From Octopus vulgaris (Eukaryota), in assembly GCA_951406725.2 (NCBI GenBank), contig OX597819.1:59520001-59584000 (forward strand): a stretch of DNA of 64,000 bases, written 5' to 3'. The notes under the pieces were generated by a model, which was not told the DNA's origin, made no database searches, and saw only the letters and a program-made list of their open reading frames with translations. The translations under genes were made by a program, and so were the position numbers. Of the stretch, positions 50,461 to 64,000 are shown in pieces; positions within the stretch are counted from its first letter, which is position 1; each line of letters opens with the position of its first letter.

Positions 50461-53239
50461 TAAAAATTTGAACGCTTCACTTTTGAATGGCATTGTAGTT
50501 TGTCTGTTGACATAGACATGTTACTACGCGTCAAGAAAATAAACCCAATGTTTTTTTCAAATAACTTTCATGTTATTCAAAATTTTTCGTTTTAATTTCA
50601 TATTAATATAAACTGAAACATTCTTAGTAAACATTATCTTCACACTTTATTAATATTCATTTTGTAATAAATAATTTTTATTTTGTAAACAAAGCCTCAG
50701 CAATGGCGTAATATATTAGCTACTTTATTCAGTAAACAGTAATATCATATTTAATAACCCCCTTCCCTAAAGCGGGTTATTATATTTCGATAGTGTTTTA
50801 TTGTTGTTTTGCTAACAAATAAACATTTTTGTACTCATATGGTGATTTATTGCAGTTTCAAAACAATCGGTTTAATAATCTGTAATAATGTATACCGGTG
50901 GCAGCTGTTTATGTTTATATATATTATGCCGGTTCCATCTCGAGTGAGACTTCTTAATGCTCTTGGTGATGTTAATAATAAACAAAACTAATTAACGAAA
51001 GCTGTCATAACTATATAAGTAGTATCTTGATGGAAGTAGCTTGTATTGCTGGTTATATTCATTGTACTTTGCAGTTGTTTGCATGTTTAAACAAACAACA
51101 CATGTTGCTTTGCAATATAAGTCGCCATTGTCTACTGAGAAGCGGTCACATTTGGAATAGACAGGATAAACATAAACTAACGGTCAACTGAATTCCGTTC
51201 AGAGAAATATAAAGAAGATACAGGGGTATGAAGCTAAAAACCGGCGTGCTAATGAGAACACGATATATACTTTCGTTATATTTTTGTATAACCGCCCTAC
51301 GATGGAACCATTTTAGGATTGCAACGCATTCCAGAGTTATCAATCACATGGGATGTATATAATGTTTATTGTTGTTGCCTCTTGTATGGGGTTACTGGGA
51401 CAAGGCGTTAGTGAGCAACTTTCTAACGAATATGGATGGCATCGTCATCGAAACTATGCAAAAGCAAGTCGCAGCATCTGTCACCTGGCAGGAAATAGTT
51501 CTTGGTTCTTTGGGTCAGTGTAATACCCAATGTGCGAATGACAATATCAATTAGGTATCAACCAACAAATACCATGAAACTTTAAATAGCGCCTTATAAG
51601 ATCAAAATAGTATTTATCAATTAGATTTTTACTAGAAAAATCCTTAACCAGAAAGTAATGTTGATAATTTATTTTTAAAAAGCTAGAATGAAATAGTAAA
51701 TCGAAAAGTCTCGAAGATTAAATTAAAAGTGAAAATCATTTTTAAATGTTTGTCGAGTTCATAGACATAATATAGAACGTAATATTTCCTTTTTATATCT
51801 TTTTACTCTATAAATAACTTGAAGATGGTAATATTTCGAGAGAAAATCTGGGTTTAGTGTATTATTTCTCTTCACTTCCCTTACACAAGTGCAAACTATA
51901 AATACATATTCCACCCTCACCTCCAAAACCATCTGAAGATATTTCTTTGGTGTCAGGAATTTTGGTGTTTCCTTTAAATAATATTTATTTTCCCGCACAA
52001 ATAATTAAGGATTAGTTTTCATTTAGCACCATGTAAATTCTGACCAAAATGTTACTACAAATTAATGTTTTCCACTCTGTTACTGTAAAGAAAACTTTAA
52101 AATGTAGCTGTAAGATAGCTATTTTCTTCTCAGCAACCCCAGTCATTAAAAGGAGTAACAGGGAACTTCAATCATTGATACAGCTATTTAGAAGATATCG
52201 TAAGGAGATAGTTTTTTTGTCGCTAATTCTATAGAAACAATCAGTAATATAATACAGTACATAAAACTGTGAGCTTGTTTATGGTCCCTATTGACAACTT
52301 AATGATGCAAGTGTTTTGTCACAGCAATTTTTATTTTAAATTTAAGAGAAAAGGGGCAACACATATGATCATAACAGGCTGTCCTAGACTGAGAAGACTG
52401 ATGAAGTTGATGTTCAATTTAAATTACAGATTGATAATTGCAAGAAAATCAGGAATTTTTTAGAGTTACAATTGTGGGGAGAAAGATTGTGAAAAACATT
52501 TTGAGTGCTGCCTTAGAGGTAAGATAAAATAATAGTGAATATTTTGTGTGTTCCCTAGGAGGTGAAATAGTTACTCAAGAAGGAGAAATGGATAAAGGAG
52601 GAATCAAACTACTAGTTCAAATAGATAGAGGCCATTGTATTAATGCTAGAAGAAACACAGAGAGGAAACTGCACCTCTGTAAAATAGTTGTGTGCTGGTC
52701 ATAAAATTACTGCTGTTAACATTTCTTTTTATGTAATGTAGAATGTTTGTGTAGCAGACAAACCAGTTCATATATGTAAGGGGTATTGCAATGTAGGTTT
52801 AAAATGAATGAATGACTATATGAAACAAGATACAGACACCACATCCTTGTATCAGATGGTCAATCATCTGACTCCATATCACAGGCAAGCAACAACGTTA
52901 TATGAGATGATAACATGCAGAGGAGGAATGGTGAGGGTCTTTTGGATAATATATTCTTACCACAATTTCTAAACCTGTGTTTCATGATAGTGTTCTTTAA
53001 ATGGTGCAAGCAAACTATTCACAGTCCAACACTTATATACCAATAGTTTTTTCAATTTAAAATGAAGGCCCATCCATTCATGAATTTGTGTGGTTAACTT
53101 TTTTTTATGTGAAGACCATGGTGTGAATAAACTGTATGTGTATTATAGATACTATAATACTCACATTTACTAAATCCAGCAGGTTATTTATTTGTATTGA
53201 ACACTGTATGATACCTGTTTATGGACAGATACATAAGAG

Positions 53240-53610
53240 CAAAACATAAGCTGTGACATGCAAAGGTTTGAAAGAAATGAAGCCAGCATGCTCTACTGTA
53301 TGTGCAATGCCAGTGTGCATCTACAGCAATGTGTAAATGTATTGACAGAGAAATTGAGTATGAGAGGCATTAGTTGTAATGTGTACGAGAGAAGACTGCT
53401 TGTATAGTCATGTGATGTGTATGGATAAAGAAATGCTGATCTCTAATTGCAGAGTGAAACTGTGGAAGAGGAAGACCTAGGATGATTTGGGAGGAAGTGG
53501 TCAGAAACAAAGTTCAGATGTTGAGCCTCAGAGAGGAGATAACAAATGATCAAGACAACTGACAATATTGCTGTGCTTGAGTAGACCTGCCCAGCAAAAA
53601 ACAATCCATA
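53240..53610 (+). mobile_element. Decayed RTE LINE 3' fragment
   Basis: Homologous to 25280-25650 (GAAAGAAATGAAGCCAG..GAGAGAAGACTG..GCTGTGCTTGAG). Confidence 0.75.
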
Positions 53611-54644
53611 TCTATGATCCCTTCCCTCTCCCACAACCAACCTGTGCTCTCCACTGCTGTTTCCTCTCACTTCCCTCTATTCTCCCTCATGTGCTCACCT
53701 ACCTATCTGCACACAATATACCCCTATCAAACCCCTTCCATTTCCCTACCTCTAGCTCCCACTCTCCTTTCAAAATCTTGTGAAGTCAGCCACCTACCAA
53801 ACCTCTCCAATCCCCACTTTATTTCACTAAATATATCACGCTTTAAGTTAGGTGTATGGCCCCTACTCGCTCTCTGTCACATCTTCACCATCTTTCTCTC
53901 TCTGCTCCATCTTCTAATGCAAGACACTTTTCTGTCCCTCAACACTACTCTTCCCAGTTGAGGATGATCTTGTTCTGCAAGTTACTTGGTGATTTCACTG
54001 ATGATGAGGCCACTTAAAAAGCACCTAAGTACACTCTGTAAAGTGGTTGGCATTAGGAAGGGCATCTAACCATAGAAACCATACCAAAACAGACAGCAGA
54101 GCTCAGTGTAAACTTCTGACTTGCCTGTTCCTGTCAAAACATCCTTTTCATGCCTGCATGGAAAACAGACATTTAATGAAGAAGAAGAAGAAGGCGGTGG
54201 CGGCAACAACGACGACGATGGGTGATTCACTTGCACTAGTCTTTCTCTTTCCAACTGTGCTTTAAGAATGATGTAGTGCTTGCTTTGTGATAGTGTGTAA
54301 AAGAAGTATATTCTACTTCTGAAATGAGTTAATTGCTGATCTGTAGTTTTCTTTCATGCAGTTTCAGTTTTAGCGGCTTGATACATGCATCAGTTTTCCA
54401 AGGGCACTTCTCAGTGTTTTGGAAATTACAGTTGCCTTCTCTTTGATTTGTATTGTTTTGAATAATCCCATGATTATGCAACAAAATTATTTTCCAATTG
54501 GCTCTTATTTCATTCCTGTTAAATAATTTAATTTTTTTTTGTGTTTGAATTTAATTTCACTGAATGATGGATTGAACCAAACCATATTTCTCTCCCTTGT
54601 GTGAAGTTTTTATTGTTTGTGGTGATTGAATTATGTTGTTTAGA

Positions 54645-54970
54645 GCATGCCGGACTTAGACTCTCTCAAATGCCCAGGATGCTCTTTTGAGATATTTGAT
54701 AGTTACTGCTACTTATATGACCAAATTAGTAATGGCGGTGGATACTCAGAAAGTGTTATTTCTGGAATAAGAATAGGATGGAGGAAGTTCAGAGAACTAC
54801 TACCTCTGTTGTCAACAAAAGGTCCATCTCTCAAAGTGAAAGGTAGATTTTAATGTATTGTGTATGAACAGCTATACTCCATGGTAGTTAGACATGGGCT
54901 CTAACTGCAGAGGACATGTGTAGACTAGAGAGGAATGAAGGTAGTATGTTCCACCGGATGTGCAACATCT
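54645..54970 (+). mobile_element. RTE LINE fragment
   Basis: SESVISGIRIGWRKFRELLPLLSTKGPSLKVKGRF, same family as 25110-25330. Confidence 0.85.
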
Positions 54971-55222
54971 ATAATCACATCTATGCTCTGAACCCCATTC
55001 CTTGTGAATATATCCTGACACTTCACCATCAACTCTCTCTTGCACTCTTACTATCTCTCCCTCTCTTTCCCTTGCTCTTCACTCTGTCTGAATAATCATG
55101 TATCTCCTTTACAGCAGCACACCAGTTTCTGTCCTCTTCCTGATTACCTCTCTCTCTCCCTCTCCCTCCTCCCCCTCTCTCTTTGGTAGGGTAACCATGT
55201 ACCTCCTCTATTGAAAGACACC

Positions 55223-55253
<31 letters not shown>

Positions 55254-56283
55254 GTCACTCTCTAACCTTTTATCTTCTCATACAAGATCACCTCCTCCAA
55301 TGCCCCTTCCCCTCTCAAAGATTCCTTGTCTTGCAAAGTTACTTGGTGACCCTGCCAGTGCTGGTGCCATGTAAAAAGAGCATCAAATCCACACTGTGAA
55401 ATGGTTGGCATTTGTAAGGGCATCCAGCTGTAAAAACCGTGCCAAAACTGAACTTGCCTGTGCTGGTGCCAGGCAAAAAGCACTCTGTCCACTCTCAGGG
55501 TGGTTGGTATTAGAAAGGGCATCCAGTCATAAAAACCATACCAAAACAGACACAATAACCTGATGTAGTCTTCTATCCGGTTGGCTCCTGTCAAACAATC
55601 CAACCCATGCCAGCATGAAAGGAAGACATTAAACAATGATAATGATGATACATACAATGGGATTCCACACTTTCTGTCTACCAAATTCACTTACAAGTCT
55701 TTAGTTGGCTTCGAGTTATAATAGAAGACACTTGCCCAAGGTACTATGCAGTGGGATTGAACCCCAAAACCATATGATTGTAAAGTGAGCTACATAACTA
55801 GACAGCCACACCTAGATATTTCCAATTAAAAAATTTTGATTTCATCCTGAAAATCTTGCATGCTCACCCATAGTTTTTCATACTAGATACACTGAATGAC
55901 TCGTTTAGGTATCAGAGATTTCCTCAAAATGACTTGTGTAATCTTAAATATGGAACAGACAGAAAGCAGATGAAAACAAAAAAAGTTAGAAGTACTTTAC
56001 AAATAACAACCAACCAACAAATAGTAGTAATCTTGTGTGTATATCTAACTTCCAATATAACAAATGAGTTTATTGTTTGGATATGAATTCAGTATTCCAT
56101 GAGATTAAATAAATGAATAAACAAGAGCTATTTTGACAATATCATATTCTAATAATGAGTGGGGACCTAATTTGCTTAGTACCAATTACTGAAAGGAATG
56201 AGGATTCTAAAATGTCATTTGTTAATTGTAATCTATAAATGTTGCATATATGCATGCACATATAGAAATACACACACCCATGC

Positions 56284-56322
<39 letters not shown>

Positions 56323-56650
56323 CACACACCTACTTGTTTTTACTATTGACTGCATACTCCTACATAGAAAATATCACCTTCAAGTTTACACATGTGGTTC
56401 TCATCTATAGACTGTCAAAGTATCCCCTGCCAAACATGCCCCTACTTCCAGAGATTGAAATCTGACAAACATCCTTCAATGTGGATATGACTACTTGATT
56501 TCCACAAACTTCACCAAGTCCCTATCAGTACATACATCACAGAAAACAGACCTTTTCATTGTACACATCACAAAAAACAATCTTACACCAAGATCTACTC
56601 TTCATACATATCACACAAACTAGTCTTACGCCAAGACCTTAATACAACAA

Positions 56651-57003
56651 TCATCATCATCATCATCATTATTGTTTAACGTCCGTTTTCCATGCTAGCA
56701 TGGGTTGGACGATTTGACTAAGGACTGGCGAACCAGATGGCTGCACCAGGCTCCAATCTTGAACTGGCAGAGTTTCTACAGCTGGATGCCATTCCTTATG
56801 CCAACCACTCCGAGAGTGTAGTGGGTGCTTTTACGTGCCACCGGCACGAGGGCCAGTCAGGCGGTACTGGCAGCGACCATGCTCAAATGGTGCTTTTTAT
56901 GTACCACCTGCACAGGAGCCAGTCCCGCAGCACTGACAATGACCTCGCTCGAATGCTTTTTCATGTGTCACCAGCACAAGTGCCAGTAAGGTGGCGCAGG
57001 TAA
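56651..57003 (-). mobile_element. Family D repeat; truncated duplicate starts at 57195-57313
   Basis: (CAT)n-TTTAACGTCCGTTTTCCATGCTAGCATGGGTTGGACG. Confidence 0.8.
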
Positions 57004-57311
57004 TGATAATGCTAAACTAAATCATTCTATCAAGCACCAAGACCTTATCACTCTGAAAAATAATGCAAAATAATCTTCCTTTGCACCAAGATCCTATCAC
57101 TACAAATATAACAAAAAAATAACAGCATCACCCCACAGTCCCTCTACATTTAGCTGTCAAAGTCAGAATCTCTACAATCTCTCATGATATATATCATCAT
57201 GATTTAACGTCCGTGTACCATGCTAGCATATCATCATCATCATCATTTAACGTCTGCTTTCCATGCTAGCATGGGTTGGACGATTCGACTGAGGACTGGC
57301 GAACCAGATAG

Positions 57312-57354
<43 letters not shown>

Positions 57355-57439
57355 TATATAAAATCTGTGTATAAATCTTGAAAAAATTACAAAAATCGAT
57401 TCCAGGTGAGAATGCGATCGATAAAACTGTGGGAACATG

Positions 57440-57781
57440 CTTTTGTATGCGCAAGTACATCAGCTGGATGTATTTGCGGATGATGTTCTTGAGGCAAAAG
57501 TTGTCATGGGTCAAGGAGCAGGAGATGTTTTTATTTCCTGCATGCCATTGATTCCGTCAGACTGTGTTTACCCGATGAAACGCATTCAATTCCCTATTCG
57601 CCTGAGCTTCGCGATGACGATCAACAAAGCACAAGGGCAGTCATTGAAAGTCGTGGGGTTGGACCTCAGCACTCCCTGCTTTTCACACGGACAACTGTAT
57701 GTGGGCTGTTTGACAAACCTTTTCTACTACGCTCCAGATGGAGTAACAAGGAATGTGGTTTACAAGGCTGCACTCCACTAG
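57440..57781 (+). mobile_element. Helitron Pif1-like helicase C-terminal fragment
   Basis: MPLIPSD..KRIQFPIRLSFAMTINKAQGQSLKVVGLDLSTPCFSHGQLYVGC..TRNVVY; the SRV after YVxC is missing. Confidence 0.9.
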
Positions 57782-58669
57782 CTTTTCCATGCCCTTGAAC
57801 ATCCCGTAAAGTAAGTTAGCTTAAAAGTAGTTACTTAGTTCCTTAGGTTGTTGCTTTTCATCAAAAGTTGATTTCCTAGATGTTTTATCGGATAAACTTA
57901 TTGTTGTCCCAGGTACATTCTCATAAATTCATCATGCTTTTCCATCTAGACCTCCAGCTAACCCATTTGCATGCATCGTTTTTGTCCTGCTTTACTTCCG
58001 TCAACCTGTACATAACTGCACCTTCCATTTTTTGTTGTTTTTGTACTGCTTAAAGGCACGTTTCTTTCCTGCCAATCTTACTGTTTAAACCATGTTTGTG
58101 TTCTCCCTTCAACAGCCTTATCATTACTGGTACTTTAGACTCTTCGGTTGTATATTTGTGTGAATAAAATCATTTTTCTTTGGAATAGAAAAAAAAGTCT
58201 GTCTTTATTTCTTCTTTTGCTGGTGTCTCAAATTTAGGTTAAATTGGTGTTTCTCAAAGGGTAGGCTTATAGGACGGTCAGACAAGTTGTTTTGAGAAAA
58301 TTTGGTTTAGATGTTCTATTGAAATGCTTTATTACTCTGATATAAGAAAGTAATTTTGTTATAACTGTCACAAAAGGTGTATTTTCTGTCACAAAAAAGT
58401 ACCAAAAATTATCAGCTGGAGGAGGGAGAGATTGTTGGAGGTTGGCAAGAGAGGTTTTTGGAGGTTGGTGAGAAAGTACTCTGATTCATCGTGGCATTTT
58501 AAAGATGAACTTTTTGAAGGCTAATTTATTAAAGGTAATATATAAATGTAGTATATATGTATATAAATATATGAATAAAATGTTTAATGTTTAAGAATAA
58601 AATGAAGAAAGTGCAATAATAACATTCATACACACTGATGGTCACTCTCAGTAACTGTTATGGAAAAAG

Positions 58670-59710
58670 TGTAACTGTAAAAATGCAGAATTATCAGAGT
58701 AATGGGTCTTCAAAAAAGTATGTATGTATAGAAATGTATGAATGAAATCTTTAAGGTTTAAGATTCAAATCAAGGAAGTGCAATAATAATGTTTAGCAGT
58801 TCAAAACTGAGTAGTGAAATGTAAATTAGATCGTGATAATCAAATATTGATCGCTTCACTAAAAACTGCAGGTGGTATGGATATTTTCCCTAGGGTAGTT
58901 TAAATAAAATATTAGTAATATGTAGTAGATAGAAGGATCCATTGGAGGGGCCCTATAATCAATTTCTTTCAACAATCTAAGTATGTCATGAGGTTTCCAG
59001 ACATGAGTTCTACTCACTTGTCAAATAAAGTATAAAAGTGATATTGTCTGCAAAAATTAGAAATTGGACACACCAAAAATAAATATTCAAAGTAATTGAA
59101 CATAAACAATGAAACCTGTAAAATATTTCTAAATTCAATGGCTCAGTTAGTTTCATGAATATATTGTATGAACTGTAAATAAGCAGTAAATATGATTTGT
59201 AAAATAAGTATAAGTGATACAGGGTGTCTCAACTGAATGTGGTGTGGAAGTTTGGTTTCATTTTTTAAGAACTCTAAGCATTCAAAGTATGAGTTCATTG
59301 TATTGGGACACACTTATTAAATACATTCTGGAATGAAAAATTTATGTACTGTCATCGAAACATTTTAACTGGAAAAATGCAGAATTGCCAGAGTTATGGG
59401 CATTGAAAGTGTACATGCATCAAAAAAGTGCAATAACAAGGTTTAGCTGCTCAAAACTCTGAATAGTAAAATGCAGAATTAGGTCTGCTGATTGGGAAAA
59501 TCAAATATTGATCGTTTCACTAAAAACTAACAACCGTAAGTGCAAAAAAATATTGTGTAGGTGCTATGGGTTATTTCCTTTGGATGTTTAGAAAAAAAAT
59601 AGTTATATGTGAGAGATATAAAGATCCCTTCCAGGGGCCGTATTATCGATTTTTTCCACAATCTAAGTATGTCATGAGGTTTCTAGACATGAGTTCTACT
59701 CACGTGTCAA
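58670..59710. repeat. Diverged direct duplication (~690 bp offset) inside a Helitron-associated block
   Basis: AAAAATGCAGAATT, AAGTGCAATAA, AATCAAATATTGATCG(C/T)TTCACTAAAAACT and ACAATCTAAGTATGTCATGAGGTTTC(C/T)AGACATGAGTTCTACTCAC occur in the same order at 58680-59024 and 59372-59710. Confidence 0.8.
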
Positions 59711-59811
59711 TTTTCATCAAAATCAATAAAACGATATAGGAAGAGTTAGCTAACAACGCCACAAACAAACGCACACTAATTTTCCACATATGTAGTATAT
59801 ATACATTTATT

Positions 59812-59848
<37 letters not shown>

Positions 59849-60574
59849 GTGTATATATATATATATATAAGATCATCATCATCTGGGTTTTTTTCTGCAT
59901 TCCTCCAAAAGATGTTCTCTCCCTTGGTTGCCCAGGTCCCAGACCAGACTAATTTTCAAGCCCTACTGAGATACAAGCATACTATTTAGCCTCTGAAAAG
60001 GCAAGGCAGGAAAATTGAATTATCTTTCAAACATGTCCCAATTTACCACCTGATGTACATCCAAAGCTAGGTGCTGTGGCTTCCTTGAACAGTGACTCAG
60101 CACCAAATGAGAGTTTTAGCCTATGCAACGATAGACAAATATGGAAATTTGTTAAGTCTGGTGAGACATGGAAAATATATACGAGCTGACCTGTGGATAG
60201 TGTCCCCACAATAGGCAAGAATGAAAAAGCTCCGGGAACCTAAACAAGAACAATTCTCCATCCCCTATGTATCATCTCTATAGGCTTAAATCCCAAAGCA
60301 AATGCCTGAAATTTATGCAACAAGAATCATTTTTTTAACTCTTACATCAAAAGTTTTGACCCTGATTTCATCAGTCACAGAAACATGGGCACACTCCTTA
60401 CTCTGTGATGTTGTTTTTAGCATGGTTACATCTTGTTTCACATGGTGGTTTACTTTTGATCAAACTTTTCAGCAATTCCTTGTGATGATTTGAACCATTC
60501 ACAAGAGGTATTCTTTTGTGATATACGCATAAACACGTCAACACTGTTACTTGGAGTTGTCTGCCAGCCACCAA

Positions 60575-61385
60575 ACAATTTGGACTTATCCCTAACTCCA
60601 GCTGCTGTAAATAACTAACTGAGTTTCTTGAAAAGATCACCCAAATCACTGATGGCAGTTTATGGGTGAATGTTATCTACTTTGACTTTGCTAAAGCCTT
60701 CAATTCTGTGCCATGCAAATGGCTCATGGCAAAACTCTGCAACAGGTGTGAAAAATGATCTCTATAATTGGTTGAAAAGCGGTAGTCACAGTTCTAGGAC
60801 ATCATACTTCACCCTTTGAGATGACATCTGGTGTACCATAGGGATCCATTCTTGGATCCCTGTTGTTTGTTGCATACATTAATGACATAGATGCCAACTT
60901 GAAGAGTGTTACAGTGTTCAAATATGAAGATAACATGAAGTTGTACCTTGAGATTAAAAGAATAGATCCTATATGCTATAGACCTTTCTTGCAATCAGAC
61001 TTGGACACGATGAAGCAATGGATTACTGAATGGCAACTTAAGCTAGCTGTGAGCAAGTGCATTACCATGCATTTTGGGAGGAAACCCCCAACTTTTACAT
61101 ACTCCCTCTACAACACCAATCTTTAGAAAGTTTGTTAGTGAATGAGACCTGGACATTTTTGTCAACCACAATTTGCACTGGACGAACCGCATTTCCAAGA
61201 TTGTCAAGAAGGCTGAGGGTGTCTTAGCATCAATCAGTAAGACCTTTGTCAGCTGCTCTCCTGCTATCTATTTAAAACTGTATATGTCAATAGTACTCTT
61301 CATATTTGCACCAACAGTCTGAAACTGCTATCTTGCTAAGCATGTCAATATCCTGGAAACTGTTCAGAACCAACATGCGACCAGA
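60575..61385 (+). mobile_element. CR1-type LINE reverse transcriptase fragment (decayed)
   Basis: VIYFDFAKAFNSVP..SGVP*GSILGSLLFVAYINDI..FKYEDNMKL (degenerate YADD)..LQSDLD..WQLKLAVSKCITMHFG. Confidence 0.9.
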
Positions 61386-61749
61386 TGTGTGTGTATGTGT
61401 GTGTGTGTGTGTGTGCATGCGCGTGTGTGTGTTTTTGTGTGTTCATATGTCCATCTGTCTGTCTGTTGCTCAGTAGTTACTGGCTATATTGTTTTTCTTT
61501 TTTTCTTTTTGCTTGATGGTATTTTAATGACTTTATTTATTGGTACTTGTGTCACATGAATATCTGCCACCATAAATCTGATGTACTTTTCGTGCCCCAT
61601 TTACTTATATATTTATTTATTTTCAAGCACAGACTGACATTTCTAAGCACCACAACTGTACAGCAGACTTTCTATTGCATGTGGTCAGGCTGTCACACAT
61701 AGCTGGAGCTATAAACTATTAAAAAGGCACACAGAAGATACAGTGTTTT

Positions 61750-62200
61750 AGTCTTAGTCTTTGAGCCTTCCATACATCAGCCTGTACATTGGGCAACAAA
61801 ATGTCTGCAATAAACCCAGTTTTGAAGATAGCCTCCAATATCTTCCAATGTGATGCAATGTCACTTCAGAGCTTCATTGAAGGTGGTACACTATGTCTTT
61901 CAGGCTATCCATCTCTTCTTTTCTCTCCTCTGTTGGTATCCATTGTAAATCACTCTTGGGTATTTGTTCTGGCAGTCAGAAAGTATATCTATTTGACTCT
62001 CACTCTTCTTTCCACCACAATCTCCTGCAGACAGTGCAGATTGGTTCTTCTCAGAACTTCAGAGTTTGTGATTCTGTCTCTGTGAGTGATCTTGAATATT
62101 CTACACCAATATGTAGCGCAAGCAGGAAGTTTGGTACTCCAGTTGCCCATGAAATAGCATGCTTCCTTGAAGTGCCATCAATGTCGGGGAAGTGGAACCT
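61750..62200 (-). mobile_element. Old RTE-clade LINE C-terminal fragment
   Basis: Minus strand RDRITNSEVLRRTNL..IVVERRVR..LPEQIPKSDLQWIPTEEKRRDG*P. Confidence 0.7.
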
Positions 62201-62351
62201 AGATTTTGTCATTCTATTATATGATTTTATTACCATGATAACCCAAAACAGAAAGGCACTGTTACTTAAAAATTTAAAGGAAAGGAGCACCACATGTGGT
62301 CAGTGAGTCACCAGCCACAATGTATATACAATGCATCAGGATACATACACA

Positions 62352-62392
<41 letters not shown>

Positions 62393-62530
62393 ATGTATAT
62401 ATTGATAGATATCTGGCTAGCTAGCAAGATAGATAGATAGATATAAATATAGGTAGATACATACACACATATATATACATATTTGTTTTAATCCCTTTTT
62501 TCCTCTTATACACACACACACATATATATA

Positions 62531-63210
62531 CAGAGTGCAGTGAATAAACTGGTATCTAAATTACGCAAAATCTCCTGCAACCCTTCTGAATGGCCTCCTT
62601 GTTTAAGTTGGTGACTGCTGCCATAATCCTGGCCTTCAATTGATCTTTGGTGTTACAAGGAGTTTTGCTTATCTCTCACTAAACTGTGCCCTACACATAA
62701 TAATCAAGGGGATTGCAGTCTGGGGAGTTAGGTGGCCAGATGTTAGGGGTTCTGCTGCTTGTGTGGCATGATGCAGAGTCCTGTTACTATACATAGGGTC
62801 TTCCTGCAGCCACCCTCTTGATCCAGAACAGCACTACCTCTTCCATGCACTTGATGTAGGCCTCTGTGTCGAGTTTGAGGTTGTGTGGGAAGATGAATGT
62901 TGGTACAACATCACCATCACTAGTGATCATTCCATACAGCATGATGCTGACTGGATGTTTGATTTTTATCACTCTTGGTACATGTCCTCAGATTGACATC
63001 CAAACACTCTGAAATGTTCGTATTGGAGCTTCCAGCATGAATGTCAAGCAGTACAGCATGTCATTTCCAGATTTCTAGCAGTGCTGTTTTTCTCACAGAT
63101 GGTGCCCAACTGACCCTACTATGCTGTGTAGTTGACAAAATCAAAAACAAACAATGCATATGCACGAAATTAAAAATATAAAACGGCGACAATTTATCCA
63201 TCACACCCTG
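62531..63210 (-). mobile_element. Second maT-type internally deleted element
   Basis: TA-CAGAGTGCAG ... CACACCCTG-TA; IKIKHPVSIMLYGMITSDGDVVPTFIFPHNLKLDTEAYIKCMEEVVLFWIKRVAAGRPYV, homologous to 33959-34805. Confidence 0.9.
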
Positions 63211-64000
63211 TATATACATATACATACAGAATGTACATACACATGCATACACACACACACACACAATATTTATGTATGTATGTGCATGTGTGTGTGTGTG
63301 CACTTCTACTCTACTACACTATATCTGTCCATTAAACATCCAACACACGTTTTCAACACTGCTAATAAGAGTACTGTACTGTGATAAAAATATACGACAT
63401 TTATTTCATAAAACAATGTTTGCTTATAGCTGTAACATTTAGCTTATCTAATTTCAGTGTTCACGAATGGCACGAATACTATAGAGTATATTCAACTCCT
63501 AAATATTTGTCTCATCTGTAAAGTGCAGTTCACATTTCATTGCCTCAACGGCATTGAAATAGTTAGTCTGTACCTGGAGTAAAACAGAAAACTGTTTTTT
63601 GAAGAGAGGATGGGTGGAGCAGAGAGATAGTGTGAGAAAAGAGAGAGGGGGAGGGGAAGCTAGACAGAGAAAAAGAGACAGTAAGACCATGACTGCGAGA
63701 AGAAGAGGGTGGTTGCAATAAGCTGAAGGAAAGAGAAAGAGGGAGAGGTGGAGGTGGAGTAGTGGTGTGAGTGAGTCCTTGTCTTCAGTTGAATAATTAT
63801 CGTTTGGAAAAATTTGATTGGGTTAATGTGAAACTATTTCACTGTTTTTGTAGCCTCTTAATTTAATTCTAGATATTATAATTGTGAGCATTTATTTTAG
63901 ATATAAACCTTCTTCATTATTGTAGCTGACATTTATATTCTCTTTATCTCTTTCACACACACTCACACACTTACACATACATGTACCCTCACTTACATTT

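Noticed and set aside
51369-51554. 61-aa plus-strand ORF suggesting a divergent gene from the FRAT promoter
   Set aside because: Non-ATG start, no recognisable homology and no convincing splice structure; a non-coding divergent transcript cannot be excluded.
56500-57130. Spaced CACCAAGA(C/T)C repeats that look superficially CRISPR-like
   Set aside because: Irregular spacing, degenerate units, related spacers and eukaryotic context: a decayed minisatellite split by a SINE.
57437-57781. Possible cellular PIF1 helicase exon
   Set aside because: Matches the Helitron-type helicase end, lacks the SRV motif, has no neighbouring exons and lies in a repeat block.

Overview
AT-rich, microsatellite-laden eukaryotic DNA. 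The SINE families and RTE/CR1/Penelope/mariner debris suggest an octopus (coleoid cephalopod) genome; this is inferred from repeat recognition, not a database search. Most of the window is decayed transposable elements and simple repeats, and almost all ORFs in the track are microsatellite translations or TE fragments. There is one convincing host gene: an intronless 281-aa minus-strand ORF (49420-50265). It carries the conserved motifs of vertebrate FRAT/GBP, the GSK3-binding Wnt activator, in the vertebrate order: MPxR start, the NES-like LxxxIxETLQL box, a PY motif and the LIxEAVRRL GSK3-binding helix. It has a compact TATA/CCAAT/CRE-like/TCF-site promoter, a Roquin/Regnase-type stem-loop in its putative 3' UTR, and lies in a ~9 kb SINE-poor, CpG-retaining island. 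Also notable: minimal hammerhead ribozyme motifs in Penelope-like repeats, R4/Dong-type retroelements sitting in (TAA)/(TAG) microsatellites, two fold-back palindromes, and several nested insertions with readable target-site duplications (TSDs). SINE family letters A-D are my own labels.
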